A DNA stretch of 63,636 nt, filler included, from Sluysia triapertura (GCA_046118255.1; 5 parts of 5 records of this genome joined end to end with filler, not necessarily neighbours in it); one strand, 5' to 3'. Positions 14,271 through 28,446 are shown, counted from the first letter of the whole stretch. Numbers and translations are program-made. Notes: generated from the sequence alone by a model not told the origin.

Positions 14271-14828
14271 CAGTGGTGGCCAAATTATTAGACTAAAGAC
14301 GATAAAATTCAATATTTTTCAAGGATACTTTGAAACTATTAATCAAAAGTGTATAAAAACATTGTCAGGAAAAATGTAGAATGTTGGAAAATAACTACTT
14401 TCTCCAAAAAAATTCTGGTGAAAGTAAAATCATAGATAAAAATATTGAGATCCAAAATATACAGAAATTTTATTCATGTAGAATGTGGCAACACAATTTA
14501 CTACAAATCAAATATGTACAAACTGTTGTATCAGTATACTTTGTTTGACCTCCTTCGTTATCCAATAATTTCCTGATCCTTAAAGGCGCATGCCACGAAT
14601 GAACTTGGGGCACAAGTCTTTGATCTCGTCATCGTGATGCCATACTTTTATCAAGGTTTCAATAAGTTGCATCCTGTTGGTTGGTTTATGAGTAGAAACT
14701 CTCCTTTTGACAATCTCCTACAGATTTTCTATGTGATTCATGTCTGGCGAGTTTCCAGGCAGCCAGGGTAGCAAATATTAAGAAAACCATACTTATCTTG
14801 TTTTAGTCTAATAATTTGGCCATCACTG
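14271..14828 (-). mobile_element. Internally deleted Tc1-family element (558 bp)
   Basis: TIRs cagtggtggccaaattattagactaaa / tttagtctaataatttggccatcactg flanked by TA on both sides. The minus strand encodes PGNSPDMNHIENL*EIVKRRV..LIETLIKVW, the Tc1 DD34E C-terminal motif. Confidence 0.92.
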
Positions 14829-15489
14829 TATTAATGAATTGATCTATTGATGGTTATCGACGGCAAATATCGCAAGAATCATTGTTAAAAGTTGAAGTAA
14901 ACAGATAGTGCCTGTGAAGGGTGAAGTTGATGCACTGCCTGACAATATTTAGATGCTTCATCATCTAAACGAATAAGGTTTTAATGATGTGAAACAAACT
15001 AATCCTGTGGTCAGGGAACAGCGGTAAAGGTGAAATTGGGGTGAGGGATAATGATTTTAATTTTCAACAATGAAAAAAGTTTTATAAAAAAATTTACCAT
15101 CACTAAACACATTCAACTTGGAAAAAACATTATTACATTATTACGTGTATTACATGGTGTATAACTGTGTAAGGTGGTAGCAAATTGCAGATGTTGGAGT
15201 GGTTTATAATTTAGTAACACGGGAACAGAGATGAATCACCACAAATGGAGTAAAATCGTATTGGGATAGTGGAGGTAAAAGTTCCCCGATCACGGAACTA
15301 ATCGAGTCGGGAGTTCGAATTTGATCTTTCTTCAATAATTTATTCTAATTACAGAAAGAACACCTTGGTGTCTAATTTACAGGTGGAATATGAAATATGA
15401 AGAAATATGTGTATTACAAAATATTAAATCATTACCACCAAAATGGAATAATGATATAAATGATGACGATTATAATAAGGCATTAAAAA

Positions 15490-16181
15490 TGAGGTACGAT
15501 ATACTTTCTAGCAAGTTTCCTCTGAAATGTGGTCCCATTCGTGCTGAATACTTTGTTTTAGTTGATCTTTTGTCTTAGGGTTTTTAGCATAAACTGCATT
15601 CTTTAGAGCTTCCCATAGAAAATTCTAATCGTTTATCCGTGTCATCCTCATTAGGGCATCGGTCTGTATGGTTTTAGACCGATGTCGTGTAAGATACGGT
15701 GGAGTGAGGTTCGAGAAGTGTTCAGCTCTTTTGATGCCTGGTGGATAGATTTTTTTAGGACAATGAACAAATGCAGCTGCCACTATATCCTTGATTTCAG
15801 ATAACTGTTTTCAGACGACCTTCTTTAGGAGCATTTGATACACTTCCAGTTACTTCAAATTTGGATACAAAAGATTGAACATTGTCGACTTACTCGGCGC
15901 AGGTGTTCTGAATTTTGCTTCCTATCTTTCTTCCATATGCTTGTAGCTAGTCTTTGCATAGTAATTCTTAATAATAAAGATACGTTCGTTTAAATCTAAA
16001 GTCATTCACTTCATTTTTAAGCGAATAAAATTCACCTAAATAAAATTCAAACATTGACGTCAATAAGATCACGCAACAAAAATCATTCCAAAGACTACTA
16101 CTATTCGCAGAAGGAAATGAATATATACAAATAATTAATTTTTATTTAAGTTTGAGTTTCGGTTACTTTTGGCGCAACCTA
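15490..16181 (-). mobile_element. Deleted Tc1/mariner (ITm, DUF4817-type N-terminus) transposon
   Basis: TIR-like ta|taggttgcgccaaaagtaaccg at the right end. From ATG 16005: MTLDLNERIFIIKNYY..APSKST..SKFEVTGSVSNAPKEGR, fused to the C-terminal FLWEALKNAVYAKNPKTKDQLK. Confidence 0.82.
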
Positions 16182-16734
16182 TAAGTATGATTGGTTAAGT
16201 GATATTTATTAGGTTAGATGATTCATTTTTCTGATTATTAATCATTAAATTGACTTTGACTACTTAAAATAAATGACTCACACACTCTATCAACCAATCG
16301 AATCGCTCGAATTTGTATTCAAAATGTTCGAATAAATTTAGGACACACTTACAGTAAAATATTGAACAGTGGACAATTTAATCCAACTCATTCATCTATG
16401 TGATGGAATTTCTATCTTGAATTTTGTTTTAATCATTTAATTTGAGATAATGCATGTGATTGGTGAATTCATTCAATCTGAAGAATGCTAATGTCTAGTG
16501 CCTACAATATTAAAAATATCAAAAACTTATTTATTTTAACGTTATTAACTACAATCAGAAGTCACTGAATCGTATTTTAATTAATAATTTTATCCTTTCC
16601 CCAGATTTATGCTTATGCTTGGCAATACCTACCATACTTCCTTTCTCTTGCAGTTATTTTGATGTTGCTGTACATTTATTTGCAATTCCGAGTCTATTTT
16701 TTACAAAATCATATTTTATATCAATGTGGATCCT

Positions 16735-16834
16735 NNNNNNNNNNNNNNNNNNNNNNNNNNNNNNNNNNNNNNNNNNNNTTAATTAATTAANNNNNNNNNN
16801 NNNNNNNNNNNNNNNNNNNNNNNNNNNNNNNNNN
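16735..16834. other. Assembly join: N44-TTAATTAATTAA-N44 (artificial linker)
   Basis: An identical 100-nt construct recurs four times. Confidence 0.97.
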
Positions 16835-16938
16835 GTCAATATTTACAATTTTCATACATTTTTCCTAAATCATCATCTATAAAGACAATAAATCACCATA
16901 TATCTTAAGGATAAAAAATTCGGGGCTGAAAGGGTTAA
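16835..16938. mobile_element. piggyBac-like terminal fragment
   Basis: Ends ggggctgaaaggg|ttaa, the piggyBac terminal CCCTT/AAGGG plus TTAA pattern. Confidence 0.5.
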
Positions 16939-17202
16939 TTAATGTATACTTTGTTTTAATTGACTCTCATTTATTTTGCAACTCTCGTTAATGATTACCT
17001 GTTTATCTTTAAGTTCATTTAGAATATTTGTTTGATTTTTATTATTTTGTTTATTTTTAATCAATCCAGTTGTCGGTTATCGAAATTAGGAACCTCACAA
17101 ACGAAGTATTCGAATTTCAACTGTTAAAGTAACTGAATATTTTCGAATATTTGAAGATTTATAAAAAGCGAATAAAATAACAATTCCAAATATATTTTTA
17201 CA

Positions 17203-17237
<35 letters not shown>

Positions 17238-17271
17238 TATTATTATTATTACTATTATTATTATTATTATT
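17203..17271. repeat. (TTA)n imperfect microsatellite
   Basis: Seen directly. Confidence 0.95.
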
Positions 17272-17782
17272 ACACATACTTGGTAAGATTTAATAATTAA
17301 TAATGTAATAAATTGTAATAAAACAAAATTATTAAAATATTTAAAATAATCAATATTATAAAATTTCTTAACATTGATTTATTGTTTTATATGTATAGAA
17401 AATATTATATTTTGTTGTCCTAAGTTACATTCAATTTAATCTAATATTATGTCTATAATAATGATAATAATAATTATTATTATTATTATCATTATTATTA
17501 TTATTAATGTAATGACATGGACTGACAATATATGATTTGCAAATTGACACAATGAAAATAAGTATTCGTATATTTCGTAAATATTATGTCGAAATGTCAT
17601 CGAAATTTATATTTATATTTCAAATTGATTTTTGGAAACGTTCTGATTAAATCTTAATTTTATATAAAACTATTGATGAATAATTTTAGAAAAAACATTT
17701 ATTTTTTGAAAACTTAGAATTAGGATCATTAAATTCGTATCTTCTACAATCAAAATAGATTATTTTATTCATATTGCACAAT

Positions 17783-18266
17783 ATGGACAATGACATACTC
17801 GACGACAATTAAAACGATATAAGCGAAGAAGATGATGATTTAACTGAAAAAATTGATATGAATTCAGACGGAGACAATGTTAAAGGTATGAAGAACAAAA
17901 TGAAGCAAACGATCTGGTAATAGCAAAATCTAGCAGACATTACGAGAGTCTACAGAAAATATATACAAAATGTCATAAAAGAAACAGCAGTAATTACGCG
18001 AAAAGGAAAATGTGAGTCAATTATTGAATAATTTGTCAAATTTATGAACGAATCAATAGTTGAAAATATTGTTTACTGCCCTAGCCGACACATGAGCAAA
18101 GATATGTAGACACGACATTATATCGAATTCAACGAATTCCAATCAAAATAGAAGCAAGTTATCGTCAACAGTTAACTGGAGACCATTTTACAAAGCTTCT
18201 GAGTTGAAATGCAAAAAGTTAGTTTAAAATGTTCACTTGCACGAAATTTGTTTGTAAAACTCATCC
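17783..18266 (+). mobile_element. piggyBac transposase remnant, core deleted
   Basis: Acidic N-terminus (DISEEDDDLTE), NVIKETAVITR..FVKFMNESIVENIVYC, then a C-terminal Cys-rich CTKFVCKTH. Confidence 0.6.
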
Positions 18267-18514
18267 TAGGAACAAAACATTAAGTAACCTATGTCAATCA
18301 TTGCTCTATTACCTCTATAATGTATAATTGCATACGGTAATCATGTGGTGCACGGTTTACAAAGACATATTTTCCCTTATATTCAGTTGTATAAGTGAAG
18401 TATTTCCTTTTCTTAGTAATGTTTTGTCTTTGTATCGTTTGAAGTTTGATTATTGCATTGTTTAAATATGTTTTCTGTAATATTGTCTTAATATTTTCGA
18501 AAAATCTGAATATA

Positions 18515-19075
18515 CTGTGCGTTTTCCCGAAAATAAGACCTAGAATGATGTTTCAGGATGATTTTAATTTAGGACCTACCACTAAATAAGCCCTGCTTGA
18601 TATCCGATTAGGACACTTAATAAGAGTCAATAAATGGCTTATACTTCTGTATTTAAAGAGCACAATTAGCTTTCATTGTCAAAGCATTCTAGTTAATTTT
18701 CTGATTACAAGATTCTCATGTGATTCACTTTCAGACAATACTCCAAGTAAGATTTTATTAGCAAATATCACAGAAATATCCACGAGAATGACTTAAAATA
18801 CTGAAATTCAGTTAAATGAAACTGTGGAATCCAATGTGACTTGCAAGACATTCCAGAGGACGACGATATGGTCATTTTTCAATGATTTATAGTTAGTGGT
18901 GTTTTTAAACATAAAACGTGTTATTCATTAGTAAATGTAGATCGGTTTTCATGTTTTTTGTATATTTATAAATTTCACATATTTCTCTGTACTTGGTAAC
19001 TTAGTTTTTCAATAGATAAAATAGGACACCCCGGTTCATATCTTCGAGTGAAAATTAATATAAGCCCTGTCTTAT
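18515..19075. mobile_element. Non-autonomous pogo/Tc2-like element remnant
   Basis: Left end ctgtgcgttttcccgaaaataagacc. Internal repeats aataagccctg / aataggacacccc. Right end taagccctgtcttat (truncated TIR). Confidence 0.6.
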
Positions 19076-19817
19076 ATAAAAATAAAATTAATTTTAATTA
19101 AAAATTTAAGTAAAAAACAAACTATAATAAAAAAATAAAAATTATTTTCTATTATTAAAGTTACATTAATTTATTTTCATTGAAATTTTGAAGACAATTA
19201 AAATAAAATTACAATTGCAGTAGTGTCGTAATCATCATAAAAATACGAAAAATACAATTTTGATTTGATTATTAGTATTAATTTAATTTAATGAGAACTC
19301 ACTCTCAGACAAAGCGTCATACATCAGTTTTTGTCTACTGATTGACAATGAATTTCAAAATTTACTGGAAATTCGTTTACGTACACAGTGTGTTTGTCGA
19401 AATTATAATTATAATAATAATAATTATTATTATTATTACTGTTATTATTACAATAAAAGTGATAACTTACAAACGATACTCAAAATGTCATATGAATTAA
19501 CAATTCAATTTATACAAATTGCAACCGATCAATTCTATTTACACATAATTGAATCTGAGAGAGATAATTTTCAAATATTTTATTGAAATTTCTTTTTTGC
19601 AAACTTAATCTAACAAATGTTGCTTTTTGTCTAAAAAGTTTGATCAATATTTTCATAGGAAAACTAATTTTTGTTCATTTTCAAAATGTTGCCATGGATT
19701 TTAAGTTTAAGATTTTTTCTATTATTGTGTGTTACTGAAATCAATTAATTTTTAAAGTATCCTTGCCTTTGCGAAAAATGATGGCGATTGAAATTATTAA
19801 GAACGAATTGAACATTA

Positions 19818-19893
19818 CAGGAACTACTTTCTATCCGCCAATTTAATTTTACCATTTTTCATAGTCCCGTTTTTGGCGGATGAGTAGTTACTG
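19818..19893. mobile_element. 76-bp miniature inverted-repeat element (Tigger-like ends)
   Basis: ta|caggaactactttctatccgccaa ... ttggcggatgagtagttactg. Confidence 0.65.
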
Positions 19894-20363
19894 TGTGTGT
19901 AGTTGTAATATAATTCATTAATTATGGTCGATAAAACATATAAAGTTACATAAGCTGTGATGTAAAAGTCATAAAATTTCAATCTTGTTAAATAAAACTG
20001 TATTTTTTGAGTAGACTAATTAATTAAACACTTGATGTGTAGAATTTAGATGGTGAAGCAAAAAAATTTGAGTCTAAGCGTCGTAAACAATCCATAAGCC
20101 AATAAAACTACTGCATGGCATCATGAACATTTGAATAACATATAAGTGATTATTATAGACCCTAATAATAATATAATCATTGTTTTCATCATAAAATTAA
20201 AGAAATATCTCAAAAACTATAATTACCTTTTACAAAAGGCATTATAGAGTTTCACGAAATATGAATTTCATACTTCAATATCTTTCCATTTGGTGTCACG
20301 AAATTACACATCAACTCTAACCATTAATTAGTTAACTTACTTAAATGTTATATCTAAAAATCT

Positions 20364-20400
20364 TTAACCCATTCGTTACCAACCACGAATATACTCTTGA
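20364..20400. mobile_element. piggyBac-like terminus
   Basis: ttaa|cccattcgttaccaacc. A related end (ttggtaatagtaggg|ttaa) lies at 59041-59059. Confidence 0.35.
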
Positions 20401-23400
20401 TACTTTCAATATATATTATAGCATACAACTTGTGGAGCTTGGAAACCTTTTATGACCACAAACATAAATATACAAGTATAAAAAGTTGCAAAAAAACTAC
20501 AAAATGTTTTTACAAAAATTAAAAATGTCTATTTATCCTGAAATAATAAATCTTAGATAAACAATAACACTTAAAACAAAAATGGCAAAGCGAATAACTT
20601 GATACAATTCAGGCTTGGTTAATATTTAAGATTTTAAAATTTTTAAATCTGATTTAAGCAGTAAATTATCACATTACTAAACAATCGTTATTTTTTTGTT
20701 AAAATATATAATTATTAAGAACAGTAGAGTCTACATTATGCAACGAATGATAAATGTTTAACTTTTAAACTGGAGCTCATTTACTCACTATACTTCATAT
20801 ATCAAGAATTCTTATATATAAATCATTTATGATGCAACAATACATCATTCAACAAAGTAATAGAAATTGTTATTATTCATCAATGAGCATTAAACTTCAA
20901 TTAATTAATTAATTAATTGCTTCATAAGCATTAAACAGAATTTAATAATGCTTGACAATATTTAAATCAATTAATAAAATTTTTGAATTCATAAAATTGA
21001 AATATAAATAAAAAAACAAAATTACCTTAAAGAAACTTCAGAAAATTAATGTAATGTAACATCAGTTACCATCTTATAAATTCATATTTATATCGTATTT
21101 TATTGGACGACAGATAAATGTGATTTATCAAATTAAATTGTAGTATGTATTTAAACAAATAAAAAAGAACTACTTTTTTACATAAAAATTAAATATAATT
21201 AATATTGATTAAAAACAATTATTTTAATTAAATGAATATAAAATCAAAATTTAAAATATTTATTATATATATATTACATATTACAAGTATCTAAATATTT
21301 TACTACATTACAAAAAATGTTTGCATGAATGTAGTATGAAGTACAATTTATTCGATTCAAGAACTTGGATTATTTAAAAGTCAATATGTTTCGAGAAATT
21401 GATACACTAAATTGTGACCATAAAGAACAGACAATCTAATAGCAAGCCTAGAATTGTACACATTTAAGTCCAATGAATTTTTGCAAAATGTGAATCACTT
21501 TGATGAAAATTTCATATTATGAAAAAAAACTAATTTAATTATTTATTAAAATACTAAAATTTATAATTTCGCCTGAGTCATTGTTATTGTTTGTCTTCAT
21601 AACTTCATTTTCCGCAAACATCAACCAAATTTGATATCTATGTAAATTTGAAATTAGTAAAAATAAAAGTACTTAAAATATCTATAATCTCTAAAAATTA
21701 TATATAATAAATCCATTATATTTTGTAAATGTCTTATTGAATCAATAAAATTGATGTTTTAAAATAAAAATGTACTTATTCTAAGTAAAACTGATAAAGT
21801 GTTTTAATATTGTATTCAATTAAATAACAATGGTAATATGTATTACATTAATAAATCGATGACTCTCCATTATATTTATAACTTCTTTTATAATCAATGA
21901 TGTGAAAATTAATAAATGCCAATATATACCATAAATATTCCATTATTGATAAACTATTCAAAATTTGATTTATTCAAATTCATTTCTAATTAATTTTCCG
22001 CAAACTATGTAGAAACACTGATTGTTTACGAAAAAGATTCGATAAAATAAAACAGTTAATTTCATGCTTAATTACGATGAAATTTATTGAACAATATAAT
22101 AAAATGAAGTGGTTAGACAATTCATTTTTATACTAGAAAAAATTATAGCCTTTCACTAACCCGATTTTGGTATTTAAATTTCGGATTTGTCTATACTGAT
22201 ACAATATGTAATTTATTATCGCAAAATTTAGGTCAAATTTTATTATTTAAATAAATATCAAATAATATACCAAATTAAACTTTCAATTATTTACATAAGG
22301 AAATAAAATATTTGTTACAAATTATTTCAATAAAAAATATTTATTAAAAATAAAATGTATCAAATAAATAGTCGAAAATCATGAATAAAATATAACCTTG
22401 ACAATAATTTGGGTTATTTTAAACAAAATGTTTCTTTTAATATTCATATATCAATAAATAAATAAATTTTATGATTCACAAAAAGTTTTTATTTTCATTG
22501 TAAATTTATTAAAAGAATTTGTTCTTGTGAGTTCATTTAAAATAAAATTTCTTTAATAATGATAAGAAGTTACAGTGCAATCAATTTTTTTTCATTCGTT
22601 AAAACATTTAGAAATAAATTTGGTTTAATGCTAAAATTATATTGCTTTGAATTATTATTATTTTTATTATTATTAACTTAGAGTATATATTATTAAATGG
22701 ATAAATACAAATTATATATGATTATTTTATTGTGATAGTTGAGTTTTTTGTCAAACATTAGATAATTTATTTCTGATATTACTGAGTAGATTTAAAAGTG
22801 GGTTATAAAATTCTAATTAAATCGACATAATTCCAGAATTTATTGTTAGAGTTCTTACCGAGTTAGACATGTAAAGTATTTATAATATCATTAAAATGTA
22901 TAATAAAATTATTATTATTATAGAAATGAATGATAATAATAATAATAACAATGGTAATGATGGTGATAAGTGATAAATCATATGCAGCAGGAAAGCTGAT
23001 AATAAGACATTGTCATTTATGCCACATTATTTGAAAAGGTTTATCTCGAAATAAGTTTTAAGGTATAAAATTTGATAAAAGTACATTTTCTAATTAACTT
23101 AATTAAGTTAATAAAAAGTCATTTTGTCGGTTAAGTGAAATCAAAGGGATTGGGTGTATTTTTATTATTTGTTCGTGTGATGTCCCAGTCATATGCTCTA
23201 CTTTTATTACCACGTAAAGTCACATATTTGCATTAAATCCACTCACTAATATTTCCTACATTTCACAACCTCATCTCATATGTCGCAAATCATAAAACCC
23301 AAAACAAAATCATTAACACAAACTATTATAATTAATTGTATTTGTATCATAATTAGTTTTGTCGATATCGCCTCCCTCATCCGTTTTAGCATCACTATGT

Positions 23401-24324
23401 AACACTTAATAAAATACATCACTTTTTTGTAAATTATGTACATTATTTATAGTTTTTTCCTCTCAGAATTTTAACAGTAACAAGCACATTTTATTGACAC
23501 CTTTTATTGGTTTTATGATTTCGTGTATAATAATTCATTATAAGTAAAACAAACGGCATATTTTATTGATATTAATTTTATGATTTTGTGTATTATTGAT
23601 TTTAACTGATTTATTAGATTTTTAAAATTTAAAGTTTAAAGTTAATTCGGATAATTATTAAAGAATTCCGATAATTATTAAAGATTAATGTAAGTAATTG
23701 TTTTAGTTTAATATGTTAAATTATACATTTCAATTTTATTTTAAATCACTAAATTAATTAACATTATTTAACTTTGTTTAAAGTTATTATTATAAATAAC
23801 GAAACATTTTTATAACTTCACTTTAAACTTTAATTTGAAATTTTAATTTCCTAATTAATTAGTTTATTTTTGTAAGGGCGTACCGCACAGGTACATCGTA
23901 ATATCCGACTTAAACTTATTTGCGTTAATAATACGTAAAATCACCATTAAAATTTTAGTTTATCTAATTAACTTAAAATAGTTAATCCCTTAAATTTATT
24001 TTTATTTTTTATTACATTACGAGTTATTATAATCCAATTTCATTTCTATAATATACATTATTAATATATTCGTTTTGTTATTTAATAGTCAATTTAACAA
24101 TTTTGAAAGATAAAATAATGTCGACACTCGTTTTGTATTTCATCGACCTCGTAAAATAAATATACATAGCTTTTTGAATCCTTTTAACGGATTCCTTGAA
24201 AAATATCTTATTTCTGAATCATTTTAACGGATTTATCGTAAATACCTAACTATAAAATTAATTAATAAAAAGTTAATAATAAGATAGATTCAACTACTTT
24301 AATTATAACTACTACTTTAATTAA

Positions 24325-25050
24325 TTGCATGAACTCGGTCAAACCATACCTTCATCGAAATGTCTTTTCAAAACAAATACGTACGCAGCTTCAAATTCAA
24401 CATAGCATTCCTCATTCAAAAGTTATTCACAAAACTTACTTTTTCTTAATTAAGTTAATTAAGATTTTAATTAATTAATCTATTTTTAGACTTAATCTTA
24501 TTTTATGTTTAAAGGTTTTATTAAAGTTTCAAGGTTATTTAGTAGTTTATAAGGCATTCAGGAGGCTCTAGATGTTTTCACCGTCACCTCTCTGATTCCT
24601 TTTCCTACTTCTTCATGTTAATTATTTCTAGGTTAAACTTATCTTTATTATTTTGAACAAATATTTTATTTCTTAATGATTTTAAAGATTTTACACACTT
24701 CATAAGGTTACTTAAAGATCTCAAATGCTTCTCGATATTTCAAGAATGCTTAAAGGTTGCTGAAGTCTTAAATGACTCAAAGATTCTAAAATTCAAAGGT
24801 ACCTTAATACTTCCAAAAGTTCTTCAAATCCATCTCAAGCTCCGACAAGGTCTCAAACCCTTAATAGGTTTTTGGAACTCCAAGGTATTATTTAACTGTT
24901 AACATTATTATAGATGTTTTTACTTTTATGATTCTTATTTCAATAATGTTTACCATGTTCAATCCATCACTTTGTATCAGTTCTTCTTTATTTTATGATT
25001 TTATAAGTTTCTTAATCATCTCCTGATCTACAGTTGGACAATCCCAACAC
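24325..25050 (+). repeat. Diverged direct repeat, copy 1 (probably decayed coding unit)
   Basis: Alignable with 26728..27232 (ctcggtcaaacca.accttcatcgaaa, aacatagcattcc, ttcaccgtcacc, ttcaaaggt.cc.taat.cttccaaa, aatcccaacac). Confidence 0.88.
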
Positions 25051-25442
25051 TTCAGCAATGCCAACGATCCATAAATTACGTGTTTCTGAAATGAAAGCAA
25101 AAGCAAAACGATTCATGTTAAGCATCCATCAATTATCGCAGTTCACGGATACGAATGAAGGTAAAGCAGAATATATTATCTATTCATATGTTTATAACTT
25201 AAGTATTCTATTTTTTGTTATTTTTACGTTTTTTAATTCGTTTAATATAAAAAGTTCAACTTGTTTAGTGTTAAAGTTTTTAATGTTAAATTAGTTAAGG
25301 ATTTTGTTTATTATTTTAACTTAATCTTTTGTCAAACTGGAATAAAAAATAAAACAAAAAAATTTTAAAAGATTAAAAAAATTCAAGAGTTTAATGAATT
25401 TTAAGAATTTTAGTAAATAAAATTTTACTACGCCCTCGCCAA

Positions 25443-25625
25443 AAGCATTAATTTGATATATATTTTTATAATGTCATATATATTATTATAATTATGTTCA
25501 TTAAAATACACAGAAATTTAACTCTTTAATAAAGATTAATTAACTCTAATTAATTAATTAAAAATGACGATTTTACGTTATCTACGTTGACATGTTTTGC
25601 AGTCTCTCGGTATTCATAAAACTGA
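25443..25625 (+). repeat. Dispersed repeat, inverted copy at 54848..55003
   Basis: Shared aagcattaatttgatat and ttttacgttatctacgttgac. Confidence 0.8.
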
Positions 25626-26727
25626 TACATTTCATATTTTTATTTTATTATGTGTGATACCCGCTCCTTTGCAAACATTATTCGTAAAGTTATTGATTAA
25701 AAATGATTTTCAAACAATTTTAATAAATATGCTTACATATTTTTTGTAAAACTTTAGAAAATATTGATCCTTTTACCTTCAATCACTTTGTATAAAATGA
25801 AATTAAATATATTATATGAAATAAAAAGTAAAACAATTTCATTTTAATAGTACATTCACAGGTCTAATAGTAGTTATAACTTTCTACTTGTGTATTTTTA
25901 CAATGGATTTAATTATTAAAGAATTAACCAATAATGTAAATATTAGAAAATTAAAATTAAACTTCTTTGTAAATCATATTGTATTACATTTAATGACAAT
26001 TAGGAAATATTAGAATAATAAATGCTTATTCTTTCCAAAGTGCAGCCTAGAATTCAGAGGTTTAACATTGAAATAAAGGTTGCAAAATACTTTAACTAAT
26101 TCAACTGACATATCCAATTTAATTCAACTAACTTGAAAGGAACATATCCACTTATGTTACATTGATTAAAATTCACCATATCATGGAATCAGTGTTCGAC
26201 TTTTCATTGGTAATACAATTGATATTCTTAATGAATGTAAAATTTCCAAGTACTCGTTTTATACTTTTTTATTATCCAATCACTCTTAAGGTTTACAATC
26301 AAACATTAATGTAATCAAACCAATCATTACAACATTCTTTGAGAATTAAACCGACAGTTACATGATATAATCTGTCAAACTTTATGTTCATCTATTATTT
26401 TCCTTTACTCTACTCAACCAACCTTTACTTAAATTACTTTTCACATTAAAAGAACAATCACCAGTATTGTTAACATGCATAAAAATAATGAATTTAATTA
26501 ACTTTTGATTTTTCATGCCCATTTTTCTTATTGAAAACATTTAAGGTTCTAATTCTCAAACAAACCACTCTATAGACATTTTAAACTCACTTTTAGACTT
26601 CCTTCTTTCATAACAATCATCTCATAATATATTTCATTATCTTTTCATTATGCATAATACAAAAAATTCAACATTCCTTAATTAAAAATTAATTAAAAGT
26701 TAACTTTGTTCAATACTAAGGTTTTCC

Positions 26728-27232
26728 TTGCATGACTCGGTCAAACCACACCTTCATCGAAAGGTCTTTATAAAGCAAATACTAACACAGTTTCAACTTT
26801 AACATAGCATTCCGCATTCAAACAATATTCACAAAAAATACTTTTTTAATTAATTAATCTATTTTTAAACTTAATCTTATTTTATTAAGGTTCTAAAATT
26901 GCTTGTTACTTTTAGAACTCAGGAAGTTCTAGATGCTTTCACCGTCACCACTCTGATTACTTTTCTATCTCTTTTTGTTAATTACTATCGTATCAAAAAT
27001 ATCTTAAATAATAATGATTTTTCCTCTCATATATTTTAGAATTTTAACTTTTTTTTACTCAAAGATCTTAAATGTTTATGAAAGTTTCAACGATAATAAT
27101 GTTTTCAACGATCTCAAGGTTAAAAAGTTCAAAGGTGCCATAATTCTTCCAAAGGCCTTCCAAACCTCCGCAAAGTCTCAAATCGCACACTACTGCAGAT
27201 GATCTCATCCATCAGTCTGATAATCCCAACAC
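26728..27232 (+). repeat. Diverged direct repeat, copy 2
   Basis: See 24325..25050. Confidence 0.88.
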
Positions 27233-27932
27233 ATATATTCTACAGAAAAAGCTTCCAAGATAATGCAAATTATAAAGATAAACTCAGAACAATAAATAAC
27301 TCATTAGTGAAACGTATCGTGAATATTTATTATTTATAATGTTCATTAAGAATTGATTCTAAAAACAAATAATAAATTGTTTTATATAAAAACAGCATTT
27401 TTATATTTTCTAAATTTTTAGCAAATAATAAAATATTTAAGAAATATTTTTCATCCAACAAATTTACATTATATTATACATTAACTACAACGTTTCTATG
27501 AATCATTATATAATAATCTATTAATAATATTTTATTGCGTATTTAAAACATTAAAATATTATAATATAATTTAAATTTCATTAAAAATTATATAATAGTA
27601 ATGTTTAGAAGTTTCAGAGAACTTAAGTGAATGAATATTTAAAGAAGTCATTGATATATGTATAGTGAATTCTCAATCAAAATGAACAGAATCCAAAAGA
27701 AGGCATATTTCTCGTTATTTATTCAAATAAAATACAAATTAAATGTCTACACTTCCCCACGGCAACATCTATGAACGATTTGTTATTATTATTAACATTT
27801 ATTATTATTAATATTTATTATTATTATTATTATTAAAAATATTTCCATAAATCAATATTAATAAATAAAATCATAATTTTACGGTAGACATACTGCTTTA
27901 AGGAAAAGTTGAGATTAAATATGAATAATATA

Positions 27933-28032
27933 NNNNNNNNNNNNNNNNNNNNNNNNNNNNNNNNNNNNNNNNNNNNTTAATTAATTAANNNNNNNNNNNN
28001 NNNNNNNNNNNNNNNNNNNNNNNNNNNNNNNN
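27933..28032. other. Assembly join (artificial linker)
   Basis: N44-TTAATTAATTAA-N44. Confidence 0.97.
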
Positions 28033-28221
28033 TTTAATAATGTTCCACTGACACTGCAGTCCTAAGTTTTGACCCTTCTATCAACCCTCATTCTTTACTA
28101 ATCCCAACAAGTGTAAAATATTTTGAAATAAAAAATTATAAAATTAGTTTCAATTTAATTTAATTTAATTTGCATAATTGTCGATATAATTTAATATTTG
28201 TTATATTAGATTTCATAAAAT

Positions 28222-28288
28222 GGACTGAATCGAATACGGGACCTCTCGTTTCGCAGTTCGATGCTTTATCACTGATCTATCAGCCCCG
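28222..28288 (-). repeat. tRNA-derived sequence (SINE head or tRNA pseudogene)
   Basis: Minus strand cggggctgatagatcagtgataaagcatcgaactgcgaaacgagaggtcccgtattcgattcagtcc carries degenerate Pol III A-box and B-box. A second, partial copy is at 56108-56127. Confidence 0.7.
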
Positions 28289-28395
28289 TTTAATAATTTT
28301 ATTTTATTATAGTCAATTTTACCAAATGGCACTTTTATTATTGTTATAATTATCGTTATTATTATTTTATTTTATTAATATTATTATATTATTAA

Positions 28396-28396
<1 letters not shown>

Positions 28397-28444
<48 letters not shown>
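28397..28444. repeat. (TTA)n microsatellite
   Basis: Seen directly. Confidence 0.95.
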
Positions 28445-28446
<2 letters not shown>

